64,000 nt of DNA from Heteronotia binoei (taxonomy: Eukaryota): assembly GCF_032191835.1 (NCBI RefSeq), contig NC_083231.1, positions 101,990,001 to 102,054,000 of the forward strand. The letters are read 5' to 3'. The notes under the pieces are model-generated. The model saw only the letters and a program-made list of their open reading frames with translations, ran no database searches and was not told the origin of the DNA. Of this stretch, positions 1 to 11,974 are shown piece by piece. Position numbers and translations under genes: made by a program. The first letter of the stretch is position 1, and the number at the start of each line of letters is the position of its first letter.

Positions 1-677
1 AAAATCAGGTGCCATCAGGAGGTCCATCAGTGGGGCCAGGACACTAGAAGCCCTCACACTGTTGCCCCTCCCAAGCACCAAGAATACAGGGCATCACTTG
101 CCTCAGACAGAGTTCCAACAATATGCTGTGGCTAATAGCCACTGATGGACCTCTGCTCCATATGTTTATCCAATCCTCTCTTGAAGTTGTCTATGCTTGT
201 AGCCACCGCCACCTCCTGTGGAAGTGAATTCCATGTGTTAATCACTCTTTGTGTGAAGAAGTACCGGTACTTCCTTTTATCCATTCTAACCCAACTGCTC
301 AGTAATTTAATTGAGTGCCCATGAGTTCTCGTATTGTGAGAAAGGGAGAAAAGTACTTCTTTCTCTACCTTCTCTATCCCATGCATAATCTTGTAAACCT
401 CTATCATGTCACCCCTCAGTCGATGTTTCTCCAAGCTAAAGAGACCCAAGCGTTTTAACCTTTCTTCATAGGGAAAGTGTTCCAACCTTTTAATCATTCT
501 AGTTACCCTTTTCTGGACTTTTTCCGATGCTATAATACATTTTTTTAGGTGCGGTGACCAGAATTGTACACAGTATTTCAAATGAGGCGGCACCATTGAT
601 TTATACAGGGGCATTATCATACTGGCTGATTTGTTTTCAATTCCCTTCTTAATAATTCCCAGCATAGCGTTGGCCTT
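1..677 (-). mobile_element. CR1 LINE, 5'-truncated 3' fragment (ORF2 C-terminus plus 3'UTR running off the window start)
   Basis: Minus-strand translation KANAMLGIIKKGI..LYKSMVPPHLKYCVQFWSPHLKK..YEERLKRLGLFSLEK.RLRGDMIEVYKI..RVINTWNSLP is typical CR1 ORF2 C-terminus. Bases 1-130 match the CR1 3'UTR copy at 56263-56575. Confidence 0.92.
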
Positions 678-772
678 GACATCGCTAAGCAGGGTTGGCA
701 CTTGGACAGGAGACCACCAAAGAAAGGTCACCAGAGGATGGCAATGGCAAACCACCACTGGTTCCAACTCAC
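678..772 (+). mobile_element. 5S rRNA-derived SINE fragment
   Basis: gctaagcagggt..cttggacaggagaccacc..ggcaatggcaaaccacc; same family as 53400-53600. Confidence 0.6.
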
Positions 773-774
773 CT

Positions 775-948
775 TGGAATATTTGATGTGGAACCTGGAA
801 AGCATGAACTTGGAAAAGTGGGGTATAATGCCATAGAGTCAACCTTTGGAAGCTGCCATTTTCTCCAGGGGAACTGATCATTGTAGTCTGGCGAACAGTT
901 GTAATTCTGGGAGATATCCAGGCTCTGCCTGGTGTTTGGCAAACCTAT
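775..948. mobile_element. hAT-type MITE, TAGGGTTGCC-TIR family (decayed)
   Basis: gccattttctccaggggaactgatc core and ggcaaaccta terminus shared with many copies in the window. Confidence 0.75.
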
Positions 949-1044
949 CTTCATCTCTTTCCTGTGAGGTAGGCTTGGCTGAAGAGTGCCTGTGGCACAG
1001 GGTCATTCAGTGCCCCTGTGAATTCATGTCTCTTCAGGGCTAGC

Positions 1045-1328
1045 CTGTGACTGCAAGCACCAGTCATTTCCGACTCTGGGGTGACATTGCATCACAGTAT
1101 TTTCACAGCAGACTTTTTATGGGGTGGTTTGCCATTACCTTCTCCAGTCATCTACACTTCCCCCCCAGCAAACTGGGCACTCATTTTACCTACCTCGGAA
1201 GGATGGAAGGCTGAGTCAATCATGAGCTGGCTACCTGAACCCAGCTTCCACCAGGATCAAACTCGGGTTGTGAGCAGAGAGTTTGGACTGCAGTACTGCA
1301 GCTTTACCACTCTGCGCCACGGGGCTCC
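1045..1328 (-). mobile_element. Sauria-type SINE
   Basis: tgcaagcaccagtcatttccgactctggggtgac..ggtttgccattaccttc..cggaaggatggaaggctgagtcaa; matches copies at 1329-1960, 22155-22276 and 48951-49258. Confidence 0.85.
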
Positions 1329-1960
1329 AAAAAGGTAAAGGTAGTCCCCTGTACAAGGACTCCTTGAAGAAATCCCTTAGCACCTGTCACATCAACCATC
1401 ACCAGTGGTCTGACCTAGCCTCAGATCGCAAAGCATGGAGGCACACCATCCACCAGGCTGTCTCTTCCTTTGAGAACGCACGCATAGCTGGTCTTGAGGA
1501 CAAAAGGAGATTGAGGAAGAATCGCACTGCTACAGGACCAACCCTAAATCAGACTTTTCCCTGCAGCCGCTGTGGCCGGACCTGCCTGTCCCACATTGGT
1601 CTTGTCAGCCACCAGCGAGCCTGCAGCAAACGTGGGCTATTGCACCCTTCTTAAATCTTCGTTCGCGAAGCCAAGCCGAGAGAGAGAGTCCCCTGTGCAA
1701 GCACCAGTAATTTCTGACTCTGTGGTGGCATCACATCACAATGTTTTCATGGCAGACTTTTTACGGAGTGGTTTGCCACTGCCTTCCCCAGTCATCTACA
1801 CTTCCCCCCCAGAAAGTACTCATTTTACCGACCTCGGAAGGATGGAAGGCTGAGCCAACCTTGAGCCAGCTACTTGAACCCAGCTTCCGCCAGGATCAAA
1901 CTCAGGTCGTGAGCAGAGGGCTTGGACTGCAGTACTGCAGCTTTACTACTCTGTGCTGCA
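1329..1960 (-). mobile_element. Sauria-type SINE interrupted by an RTE LINE fragment
   Basis: aaaggtaaaggt = reverse complement of the (ACCTTT)n tail; body resumes at 1687. Confidence 0.85.
1353..1686 (+). mobile_element. RTE-clade LINE 3' fragment (ORF2 C-terminus with zinc-finger-like motif, (GA)n tail)
   Basis: YKDSLKKSL..WSDLASDRKAWR..FPCSRCGRTCLSHIGLVSHQRAC; 10-bp TSD agtcccctgt at 1343-1352 and 1687-1696. Confidence 0.9.
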
Positions 1961-3469
1961 GGAATACCATATTGGCTGCTGACTTAAAATTTGCATACAA
2001 TTCTTAGATGGAATGGCCAATGGAATTACCAAGCAGCAATATTAAAACTCTGGTCAATGTTAATTAGATAATTGGAGTGGATGGGACTTTGCAAATTACT
2101 ACCAGGTTTGCAGCTGTAGGAATATGCTCTTAAAGTAAAACCTCTGGGGCAAAATTTAAAAGAAGCAGGCAATCTTGTACTTTAAAAATTCATGTTGGAA
2201 AAAACAACACTTTTTTCTGTTTTGGAAACAGATGTCTGAATCAATTTTATTGACGCTAAATTAAAACAAAGCAAATTATAACTCTTATGCCACTATGCAA
2301 ATATGAAAGAAAGGACTTAATTTATGATCAAATAAAACTGGGATTTTTATTGCATGCTTTTCCAGTCCATTACCTTTAGTTATGCAAAATTACACACAAT
2401 GTTTTATAATGAGATGGAAATTCCATGTAAATTATTGTCTAACATACATGTATTTTATGCATCAGAGAAATGCATCTACCATAAGTGCTGGAAAGTTCAG
2501 TTAACATGGAATGCAAAACCAAACACTGCAAATAGGCACATTTAACATATTAGAATAGGACTACATTTGTCCCTGCAAAATGCATACCTAAGTGCCATGT
2601 TTATAAAAAACGTAGGGTGTGATTGAGTCACAATACCTCCACCTTCAATGTATGTGCTCCCTGTATGGGTACTTCCTACTGCTGACCCCCTCCCCAGCAA
2701 TCAAATACCTCCTAAATCTGTGATAGAGCTAGGGTTACCAACTCTGGGTTGGAAATTCCTGGAAATTTGGATGTTGAAGCTTGAAGAGGACTATCCTAAG
2801 TACTATTATACAGCAAACACACAGAGGTAGTTTCTAGGCATCAGAGCTGGTCTGAGTACAGTTCCAAAGTTCATATCAGTGTCCTGTGGAGGCCCCTAAG
2901 CAGTCAAAATCTCAGGGGCCCCCTTGCAAATTATCTCAGAGTCAGAGCACCCACCCCATCACCTGTGGCCTCAGCTGCAGCCTACAGGCATCTCAAAAGC
3001 CCCTTTGACAAAGTTGTGGGGGAGAGGCAGAGAGAGGCAAACTTGGTGATGAGGCCAGCAGGAGCCTCACCAGGTAAGTCAGGCAAAGAGTGGCTCAGTT
3101 GCTGGCTGTGCATGAAGGCTGGGAGGGCTGCAAGCAGGGGGGGGGAATTAAGGAGGGGAGCCAGCCCTTAAAGGCATGGGGGCCCATAGGCCCTTGCCTA
3201 CTTGGCTTAATTGTTAATCTGGTCTTGGTTCAGATACTGGCTCGATAACACTCATGGCTTCAAGTCCAAAGGAGAATCCAATACCAAGGTTTCTAGATCC
3301 AGGTCAAGGTCAGAGAAAAGGAGATCCATTCAGAATTCAGGCAACACGGTCAGTAACTAACGGACAAGTTGCTTCCACACAGCTACTCCCTTTTCTGGTG
3401 CTTTTAAGCTTTGCACTGCTAAACCAACAGTATTATTGCATCGTGTACCTGCTGGCTGCTGGACGTGGC

Positions 3470-3850
3470 TGGTCCAGAACAAGGCAGAGTTTTGGAGTGG
3501 GGGGGGGGCTTACAGAGATGAGCTCCCCTGTAGGCAGCTTAATAGGGAGCAGCTTAATAGGAAGATTCCATGGCAACTCATCCCCACCAAGCAACCTTCC
3601 CTACCAATACTCCACCTTCTGCAAACTCCAACCCCAAATCTCCAGGAATTTCCACAACCTAGCATTGTCATATAGGATTGCCAACTTCCAGGTGGTGGCT
3701 GGAGACCTTCTGGGATTAAGCTGATCTCCAGGGGACAGAGATCAGGGCACTTGGCCAAAATGGTGGCTTTGGAAGGTGAATTCTATGGCAGTATCTCATG
3801 CTGAAGCCCCTCCCCTCCCCAAACCCCACCTTCCTCAGCCTCTCTCCATA
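3470..3850. mobile_element. Two adjacent TAGGGTTGCC-family hAT MITE copies
   Basis: taggattgccaacttccaggtgg..gagatcag..aaaatggtggctttggaaggtgaattctatggc; a preceding partial copy ends aatctccaggaatttccacaacc. Confidence 0.7.
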
Positions 3851-4058
3851 AGCGCCCCAAAGATCGCTGTGTTCCACTTCACAGCATCTCCTGACTGTCC
3901 CTGGCCTGAAGGACATTTGACTTGGCTTGACCAGGGCCTTTTCAGCCTTGGCCCCGGCCTGGTGGAATCAGCTCCCTGTGGAGATCTGGGCCCTACCTGA
4001 ATTATTACCATTTTGTAGGGCCTGCAAGACAGAGGTATTCTGCCAGACCTTTGGTTGA

Positions 4059-6700
4059 ATAATAATAATAATAATAATAATAAATTTTATTTATATCCCG
4101 CCCTCCCCACCTAGGCAGGCTCAGGGCGGCTAACAACAAGTTCAATAAAATTATACAATATATGATAAGTTTAAAACAACATTTAAATTATACAGTAATT
4201 TAAAACAACAATATCTAAAACCAGTTCCAATTATCTGAGTCGTTCCATAATTTAGACGGCGGTGGTCTTCCTGATGTTATTCTGTACATTTATATAATGG
4301 CAGAGATCACTAGATAAAATCGTTGGTGGATTAAACAGCCATCTTATCAGCGGTCTACAAAGGCCGGCTTGAAAAGAATGGTCTTACAGGCCCTGCGGAA
4401 TTGGTCTAAATTCCGCAGGGCCCGTACCTCCTCTGGGAGCTGATTCCAAAAGGACGGGGCTGTAACAGAGAAGGCCCGTGCCCGGGTGCTCTGTAATTTT
4501 GCCTCCTTTGGCCCAGGGATAGTCAGCATGTTCTTCCCTGCTGACCTCAGTGCTCTTTGGGGCTCATATGGGGAGAGATCGTCCCTCAGGTAGGTAGGTC
4601 CTCGGCCATATAGGGCTTTAAAGGTGATAACCAGCACTTTGTATTGGATCCGGTATGTAACTGGCAGCCAGTGCAGTTCGCGCAGTCCTGGCTGTATATG
4701 CTCCCATTTCGGGAGTCCTAATAACAGCCTGGCCGCTGCGTTCTACACTAGCTGCAGCTTCCGGGTCCGACACAAAGGCAGCCCCATGTAGAGGGCATTG
4801 CAGTAATCCAGTCTTGAGGTGACCGTCGCATGGATCACTGTTGCCAGGTCCCGGCGCTCCAGGAAAGGAGCCAACTGCCTTGCCCGCTTCAGGTGGAAAA
4901 ATGCCGACTTGGCAGTGGCCGCTACCTGGGCCTCCATTGATAGTGAAGGCTCCAGTAGGACTCCCAGGCTCTTGACCCGGCCCGCCACTTTCAGCGGCAC
5001 ACCGTCAAAAACCGGGAGAGGTATTTCCCTTTCCAGAGCGCCGCGCCCCACGCAAAGGACCTCTGTCTTCGTCGGGTTCAGCTTCAAGCCACTCAGCCTA
5101 AGCCAAGTTGCCACGGCCTGCAGTGCCCGGTCTAAATTCACTGGGACGCAGTCAGGCCGGCCATACATTAGCTGATAGAGCTGGGTGTCATCCGCATATT
5201 GGTGACAACCCAGTCCAAAACTCCGGGCAATCTGGGCAAGGGGGCGCATGTAGATGTTAAATAACATCGGGGAGAGAACTGCTCCCTGAGGCACCCCACA
5301 ATCTAGTGTGCGCCTCCGGGAAAGCTCACCCCCGATTGCCACCCTTTGTCCCCGACCTTTGAGGAAGGAGGAAAGCCATTGTAAAGCCAGCCCCCTGACC
5401 CCTATGTCGGCGAGGCGGCGGGTCAGTAGCCGATGGTCGACCATGTCGAACGCTGCCGACAGGTCTAACAACATCAGCACCTCCACGCCACCTCGATCCA
5501 GTTGCCGCTGGAGGTCATCTGCCAAGGCGACCAGCATTGTCTCCGTCCCGTGGCCCGGGCGAAAGCCGGACTGGCAAGGGTCTAAGATGGAAGCGTCATC
5601 CAGAAAACCCTGTAGTTGCAGCGCCACTGCCCTCTCAATAATTTTACCTAAAAACGGTAAATTAGAGACCGGTCGGTAATTTGCCAATTCGGCCGGGTCT
5701 GCTGTACATTTTTTCAGGAGGGGGCGGACCAAAGCCTCTTTAGAGGTGATGGAAAATGACCCTCCGAGAGGGATCTATTTATAATGTCCCGTAAAGGACA
5801 TCTAAGCTCCCTCTGGCAGGCTTTAATCAGCCAGGAGGGGCAAGGGTCCAAATCGCAAGTTGTTGGGCGCGCAACAGAGAGAATTCCGTCGACTTCCTCC
5901 AGGCTGAGCAGGTCAAACCGACCCAACTCCAAACCCGAAGACAGGCGCGGAGCCTCAAGTTCCTGTACTGCATCCAATGTGATAGGCAGGTCTTGGCGAA
6001 GCGATGTGATTTTATCTGCAAAATATTACGCAAAAGCCTCACAGCCTATCTCTAATTCCCTAACATTTGGTTTGCCTTGAGGCAATGTAGTAAGATCTCC
6101 AATTATTCTAAATAATTGTGCTGGGCGCGAATTTGCAGATGCAATCTTGGCTGCAAAGTAATCTTTCTTTGCAGCTTTGACTGCCATCTCATAAGACTTC
6201 ATAAACGTTCTATAAGATGTTCTCGTCGCTTCGTCCCGAGTATGCCGCCACTGCCTCTCTAGTCGTCTGAGCCCCTGTTTCAGCTGGCGTAGCTCCAGGG
6301 TATACCATGGAGCCAGCCTCCTGCGAGGGCGCAGAGGACGTCGAGGTGCGATCTCGTCGATAGCCCTGGTTAGCCGGCCTTGCCAGGCCTCCACCAGGTC
6401 ATCGAGGGAATCGCCAGGGGGCCAGGGATCCCCCAGTGCCATTTGGAACCGTTCCGGGTCCATCAGGCTCCGGGGGCGAGCCAAAATAGGCTCTCCGCCC
6501 ATACAGGGTTGGGGTGGCATCCCCACACGGGCCTTGAGGGCTAGGTGATCCGACCATGGTACCGCTTCTACCGCGATATCGTTCACCGAAATCCCGGACA
6601 CAAAGATCAGGTCTAACATGTGCCCGGCCTGGTGCGTGGGTGTTGTAACAAATTGAGAGAGTCCCAGCGTCGCCAGGGAAGACACTAGGTCCATCGCCTG
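4059..6700 (-). mobile_element. L2-clade LINE, 5'-truncated, about 2.64 kb, (TTA)n tail
   Basis: ORF2 homology at 4347-6694; 3' end ccgccctgagcc..gggagggcgggatataaataaaattt(att)n on the minus strand. Confidence 0.93.
4347..6694 (-). pseudogene. Disrupted L2 ORF2 (end of APE endonuclease plus reverse transcriptase)
   Basis: PTHQAGHMLDLIF (endonuclease C-terminus), NYRPVSNLPFLGKIIE, QSGFRPGHGTET, LLDLSAAFD, GVPQGAVLSPMLFNIY, QYADDTQLY. In-frame stops at 6026-6028 and 4743-4745; frameshift near 5735. Confidence 0.92.
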
Positions 6701-6859
6701 AGGCAGCAGACATCTTTATTTCCATCTGCTTGGCCTCCCTTACCTGTCATGATGCTATCTTTTTTTAATCTCATCTTAATCTGTTATTCCATCTCTGGGC
6801 CTTCTGTTGTATTGATATGTATAATGTGCCCAATTGGAAACTGCCGCCTGCAACATATA

Positions 6860-6998
6860 TGTTGTTTGTTCTATTGTATCCTGTGGTTTTTAGCTTGTAG
6901 TTTTTAATTGTTTTAATTTTTGTTGTTATGCGCCCTGAGCCCTCTCGTAGAAAAAGGCGGAATACAAATTAACATAAACAAACAAACAAACAAATAAA
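6860..6998 (+). mobile_element. L2-type 3' tail fragment with (AAAC)n
   Basis: gttatgcgccctgagccc..aaggcggaatacaaatt..(aaac)n. Confidence 0.6.
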
Positions 6999-7854
6999 TA
7001 TCTCCAGGTATTCCCCAACCCAGAGCTGGCAACCCTTTGCTCACTGCATTCCATATAACATCTAAAACAGGCAGGGAACATTACTAAGTGGAGGAAAATT
7101 CTATATTTCCCTCCATGTCAAAGTATTTTGATTTGAGGGCTAGGAATACATGTGATAGATTATGTCTTCCCCACTGAAGTGCTTCCTTGATGGAACAGAC
7201 TGGGATTGTGCACAACAAATGAGCAACAACCGCCTTTCTAGTGCACTTTATCTTGATAGCCTTGGTTGACTCTTTTTTCCATTAGGCATATGTTTTGCTG
7301 TGTAACCACGATGCTGGAAAGAGCTATTTGGAACTGGCAGCGATTCGTATGCGTGGCTGCCGCTGGCTTTTGTGGCAAATCCTTTCGAGTTGCTTTCATT
7401 TTTCAGACTTTGCCAGCACAAACCCCCTGAGCTTTACATCTCATTTCCAAGACCTTCCCTGAAGCAGGCACTGCTAATGAGTGAAGCTGCCTGGAAGATA
7501 ATATAACAGTGTAGATTAGGGCAATGGCACGGAGATTTCGCTTTCCCCCTGCCTCTAAAGTAGAGATAAACCAAATACATTTTTCTTGAATACACTTTTA
7601 AACATTATTGCCGGCTCACGAGAACCATGACTAAAATTAGAATAGGAAGAATTTCCAGTTTATCCCTTAATCCAAGTATTGCTCTCATTCCCTCTAACGG
7701 TAAAGAGGGGCCACAGCAGGTGTAGGTGCAAAGTGCCTTTGGCCTGGCATCCCTTCTTAGAACACAGCTGACCTGGAGAACTACAGTTCCCAGGGTCCTC
7801 AGTGCCCAGGATCCTGCAATAGCAGCACTGAAGGCACTTGGGAGAGAGGGAAGG

Positions 7855-8002
7855 TTTCCAACCAGGTCTCCTGCCTACCTACTGTTGCCACCAGATAAGC
7901 GGAAGAGGCATTGTACTATGCTGAGACCCCTCCCAAACCCCGCCCTCTCCCAGATCCACCTTCAAAGTCTCCAAGTATTATCCAACACCAACCTGGCAAC
8001 CC
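7855..8002. mobile_element. TAGGGTTGCC-family MITE (internally deleted)
   Basis: ggtttccaaccagg..aaatctccaagtattatccaacaccaacctggcaacccta-like terminus. Confidence 0.6.
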
Positions 8003-9078
8003 TACTATTTTGGAAGGTGGACCATAACGGCTGACTTGCTGGTGACTTCCCTCCCACCCTAAAGAGAAATATATCAAGACAAATGGATCTCTCAATGTGT
8101 ATGTTTTGTCCTTTTATTTATTTTTCAATAAAACAACTTCCAGTTGAACACCTGACTGGTTTATTTTGAGAGTCCTCTAAGGGAAAGATTCTGGTGTGCA
8201 TAGGTAGAGATTCTCTCTTGCTGTATCTCCTGTTAGGCTAATTTCCCCATCAATAAGAGATACCCTTTTTGGGTAACAAGCCAGCAGACACAATCCTTCT
8301 TTCCATGGAATTTGGTCGGGTGAGCAGAGCTAGAAGTCTGTACATTCATTACTCACAGAGCTTGGTGGATAACCCTGGGAAATCTGTTCTAGGGACCATA
8401 TGCGGTTGAGCCGCAACTCGAATTAATGCTTGCACACCACCAAACCCAATTTCCATTTCACTGGAATACTTAGCAAAAAGCTGAGCAGGGCCAACGATCA
8501 CACTAGTATTAAAACAGCTGTACGATCAAAAAAAAAGCAGCTTTGCATGATCAAAGTCAAGCATGCTGCTACATCAGGCTTCACAACCTTGAGACACGAA
8601 GTACAAAAGATCTCATTGATGAGAGCACAAAAATAATCTGAAATGCTCGAGTTTACTCTGAGAGATGTCTTGATTGCTTTAAAACAATTGTAGTCTGACA
8701 CCAAAGATGCTGTATTTGTGAATCCGTGTCTGAACTGGAGATCTCTGGTTCTTTGGTCTGTAAGCTCAATGTAATTGGATATAATTGTTTTGGAAGGCAA
8801 TGGGCTATGTCCAACAGGAACAGTTTTGGGTGTTTTAGCATCAACTAGGAAATTTATTTCGTGCTCCCAGCTTTGCCTCCAACCACTGCATTTGAGCCTC
8901 CGATCTCAACACCATGCTTTTGAAAACCCAAGAGATCTTCTCTGCTTATGCTCCTCTGTCACCCTTTCTGCCCTCACTATCCTCCCCATTATCCTACTTC
9001 CCATCATCCAGCTTGTTCCTTCCCTCAATCAGTGGTGAATCAGCCTGGCACCATCCCATTTGAAACTTTGGCTTTAGA

Positions 9079-9258
9079 CAGAGGTTTTTTTTTTTTTTTT
9101 TTTGTAGCAAGGACTCCTTTGTATATTAGGCCACACACCCCTGATGTAGCCAATCCTCCAAGATCTTACAGGAGGCCCTGTATTAAGAGCCCTGTAGGCT
9201 CTTGAAGGATTGGCTACATAAGAGGGGTGTGACCTAATATGCAAAGGAGTTCTTGCCC
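9079..9258. mobile_element. CAGGGCTTTTT-TIR palindromic hAT MITE (decayed ends)
   Basis: tgtagcaaggactcctttgtatattaggccacacaccc..gtgtgacctaatatgcaaaggagt. Confidence 0.8.
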
Positions 9259-9399
9259 TTGGCCTCTCTCTGTCCCCTCTTCTCTTTCTTTCCTTCTTTT
9301 TGTAAATAGTCTGGGGAACACTGAAGCACTGATTTTGAATTTGTAATGATGATGTATGTTTGTTTTATATCTGTCTGTCTGTCTACCTATCTACCTACC

Positions 9400-9602
9400 T
9401 ATCTGTGAAAAGTGCCATCAAATCAGTCAACTTCTGGCGACCCCATAGGGTCTTCAAAGCAAGAGACGTTCAGAAGTGGTTTGCCATTACCTGCTTCAGC
9501 ATAGCAATACTGAACTTCTTTGGTGGTCTTCCATCCATGTGCTAACTAGGGCCGACCCTGCTGAGCTTCCAAGATCTGATGAGACTGGGCCTAGCCTGGC
9601 TA
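9400..9602 (-). mobile_element. 5S rRNA-derived SINE
   Basis: ccatcc..actagggccgaccctgctgagcttccaagatctgatgaga = reverse complement of the 5S internal control region. Confidence 0.75.
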
Positions 9603-9614
9603 ACTAACTTTCAA

Positions 9615-10427
9615 GGGTCAGCCGGGCATGGTTAACCCTGAAGGGGCAGAGGACTCTTCAGAAAAGGAATGGGCACGTGAAGAAGGTCCCAACCCGCGGT
9701 CAGTTCCAGACAGCTTGCTACAGGAAGCTACTTCTGTGCTGCCAACCAATGATCTGCAGCCTGATAGCAGCATCCCAGCTATACAGCTGCAAGGCTTAGT
9801 ATCAGGGAGCATGTCACCGTCCACCTTGCCTCCAAGTCACCGGAACTGTTGACATGTAGACAAAGGAGGGTTGGCCAGTTTGGTGTAGTGGTTAAGTGTG
9901 CAGACTCTTATCTGGGAGAACTGGGTTTGATTACCTACTCCTCCACTTGCACCTGCTGGAATGGTCTTGGGTTAGCCATAGCTATCACAGGAGTTGTCCT
10001 TGAAAGGGCAGCTTCTGTGAGAGCCCTCTCAGCCCCACCCACCTCACAGGGTGTCTGTTGTGGGGAGATAAGATACAGGAGACTGTAAGCAGGGTATAAA
10101 TCTGCAGTCTTCTTCTTGATGTGTGATCAGCAGAGTGTGCGATTAGCAGCCCAGTGATACCAGGAGGTTGCATGCACACGCACCTGCATGATGCAATCCA
10201 GCCACAAGATGAGTGTCTCTGTTAAAAAGGGTGGAGAAGGGGGGAGACTGGCTGTGGAGGCATCGCGTCATTTTATTCCTGACTTTGCTGCCAGTGTCCT
10301 TGCCCCTGACTTATGACTCTGAACCTTTAGATCATGTTTTGACTCTGATTTCTGGAGTTGCCCATGAACTTGTTGCTGCTGCCAAATTACCTATGCCATG
10401 TTTGACCCGGGAGCTAGACTTTGACCA
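9615..10427. mobile_element. Possible LTR relic, interrupted by a SINE and cut off by the gap
   Basis: GC-elevated block that is not one of the SINE families, with a cctgact/gactttga-rich 3' part resembling reptile Gypsy solo LTRs; termini not visible. Confidence 0.3.
9871..10117 (+). mobile_element. tRNA-derived, L2-tailed SINE (Squam3-like)
   Basis: A box tggtgtagtgg, B-box-like gggtttgatt, tail gggtataaatc..(ctt)n. Confidence 0.8.
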
Positions 10428-10556
10428 NNNNNNNNNNNNNNNNNNNNNNNNNNNNNNNNNNNNNNNNNNNNNNNNNNNNNNNNNNNNNNNNNNNNNNNNN
10501 NNNNNNNNNNNNNNNNNNNNNNNNNNNNNNNNNNNNNNNNNNNNNNNNNNNNNNNN
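10428..10556. other. Assembly gap (129 N)
   Basis: Run of n. Confidence 1.
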
Positions 10557-11974
10557 TCATTTTCCTCTCTTTCTATCTATCATCTGTCTGCCTTTTACTG
10601 TTTCTATTAGGTGTATTTGCTGTTCTTGTAGCATTTATTTATTCATCCTGAGCCCATCTAGGAACGGCAAGATAAAAATGTGAAGAAATATAAATAAATA
10701 TTCCCCCCCCCCCCCGATGCTGCTGATTTTTAATTTTATCAATAATGTTTGTTTTGCTTTATTGTGACTTGATTTTCCTGGCGTGCCCCCTGAAGAACTT
10801 TCCAGTTGAGGGGTGGGGTTCAGCAACTTAAAATAAATTCTAATGATTGAATGTTACCTTGTACTTTTCAGTAGTTCAAAAAAGATGGGTTTGCAAATTT
10901 ATCTAAATTATATAAAAGTAATCTTGTAATTAATTAAGACCTGATGGTTAATCAACTAAGTGTTTTTACATCCCTAATACAGGTAACATTTCTGCATATT
11001 CGAGTGTTTGTGTGTTTGCTGAACTGTTCTTTAAAAAGAGGGGCCCTTCACCTGCTCTTTGCACGCACCGCAAGTCACACTAGTAGTGCCAGGTGCTGAC
11101 AAAATACCAGGCAATGCTAATTCATGCTTCTGTGTGTTGTTCGTCTGTTGCTGTAATACAGCTGAAGGGCTAGAACCAGGCTCCAATTGTACAGAGTGCG
11201 AATCCGTGGGGAATGGCGTGATGAAGCCATTTAATTTTCTGCTTTGGAGAACTAATTTCATTCAAGCCTCGAAGCTGCAGTGTGGTGGGATTTCTGCTCC
11301 TTTCCAGCTCTGGTAATGTTTTTGCATAGAGTCGTCATCTGACGATGAGTTCACGCCAGAACCAATATAAACATATGGTCCTGTGCTAATCTGACATGAA
11401 GCTGGAAAATGTCACCGTTTCCAACATGCTTGTAATTCCTACTGACACAAGTAAACAGGTGTGATGCAGAACGAATAGGTTTGAGAGTTTCCTTCCATGC
11501 ATCTGCTGAGCGTAATGGTTGTGTGTTGTAACAAATTCAGCGTCCAGACAGGATACTGAGATGCCAATGCAATTAAAACACTTAAGCATGAGCTCCACAA
11601 AAGGAGGAGACATTGCGGATGAAGTCAAGAGGTCCTAATTCAGTTGTATGAACTGAATCATTAGCCTCTGTTTGTTCAGCCAACTGAGCTGGGTGCCTTG
11701 GATTCCACTCAAGATCCTTTGATGTCTGCCTTCTAGCTGAGAGTGCGTTTCTATACAGGCTCAGGCATTTTGAACAGGAGCTAGGGAAAAACAGAACAGC
11801 AGAAACTGAGGCACATACATTTTATTCTGCTGGATCAGATGAGGATCCATCTAGTGTAGTAGCTGCTTTCCAAGAGTGGCCAGCCAATGAGTTGGATCCC
11901 ACCTGCTGATAGAACCACAGTATAGGATATACTGAGGATTATGGAACCAACATGGACAAAAGGCATGCGGGTTG

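Noticed and set aside
132-881. 249-aa ORF as a gene
   Set aside because: Chimeric read-through of MITE, 5S SINE and CR1 ORF2 fragment.
11320-11370. Terminal coding exon ..SSSDDEFTPEPI*
   Set aside because: The SSSDD reading arises on both strands from a short palindrome (tcgtca-tc-tgacga); no supporting neighbouring exons.
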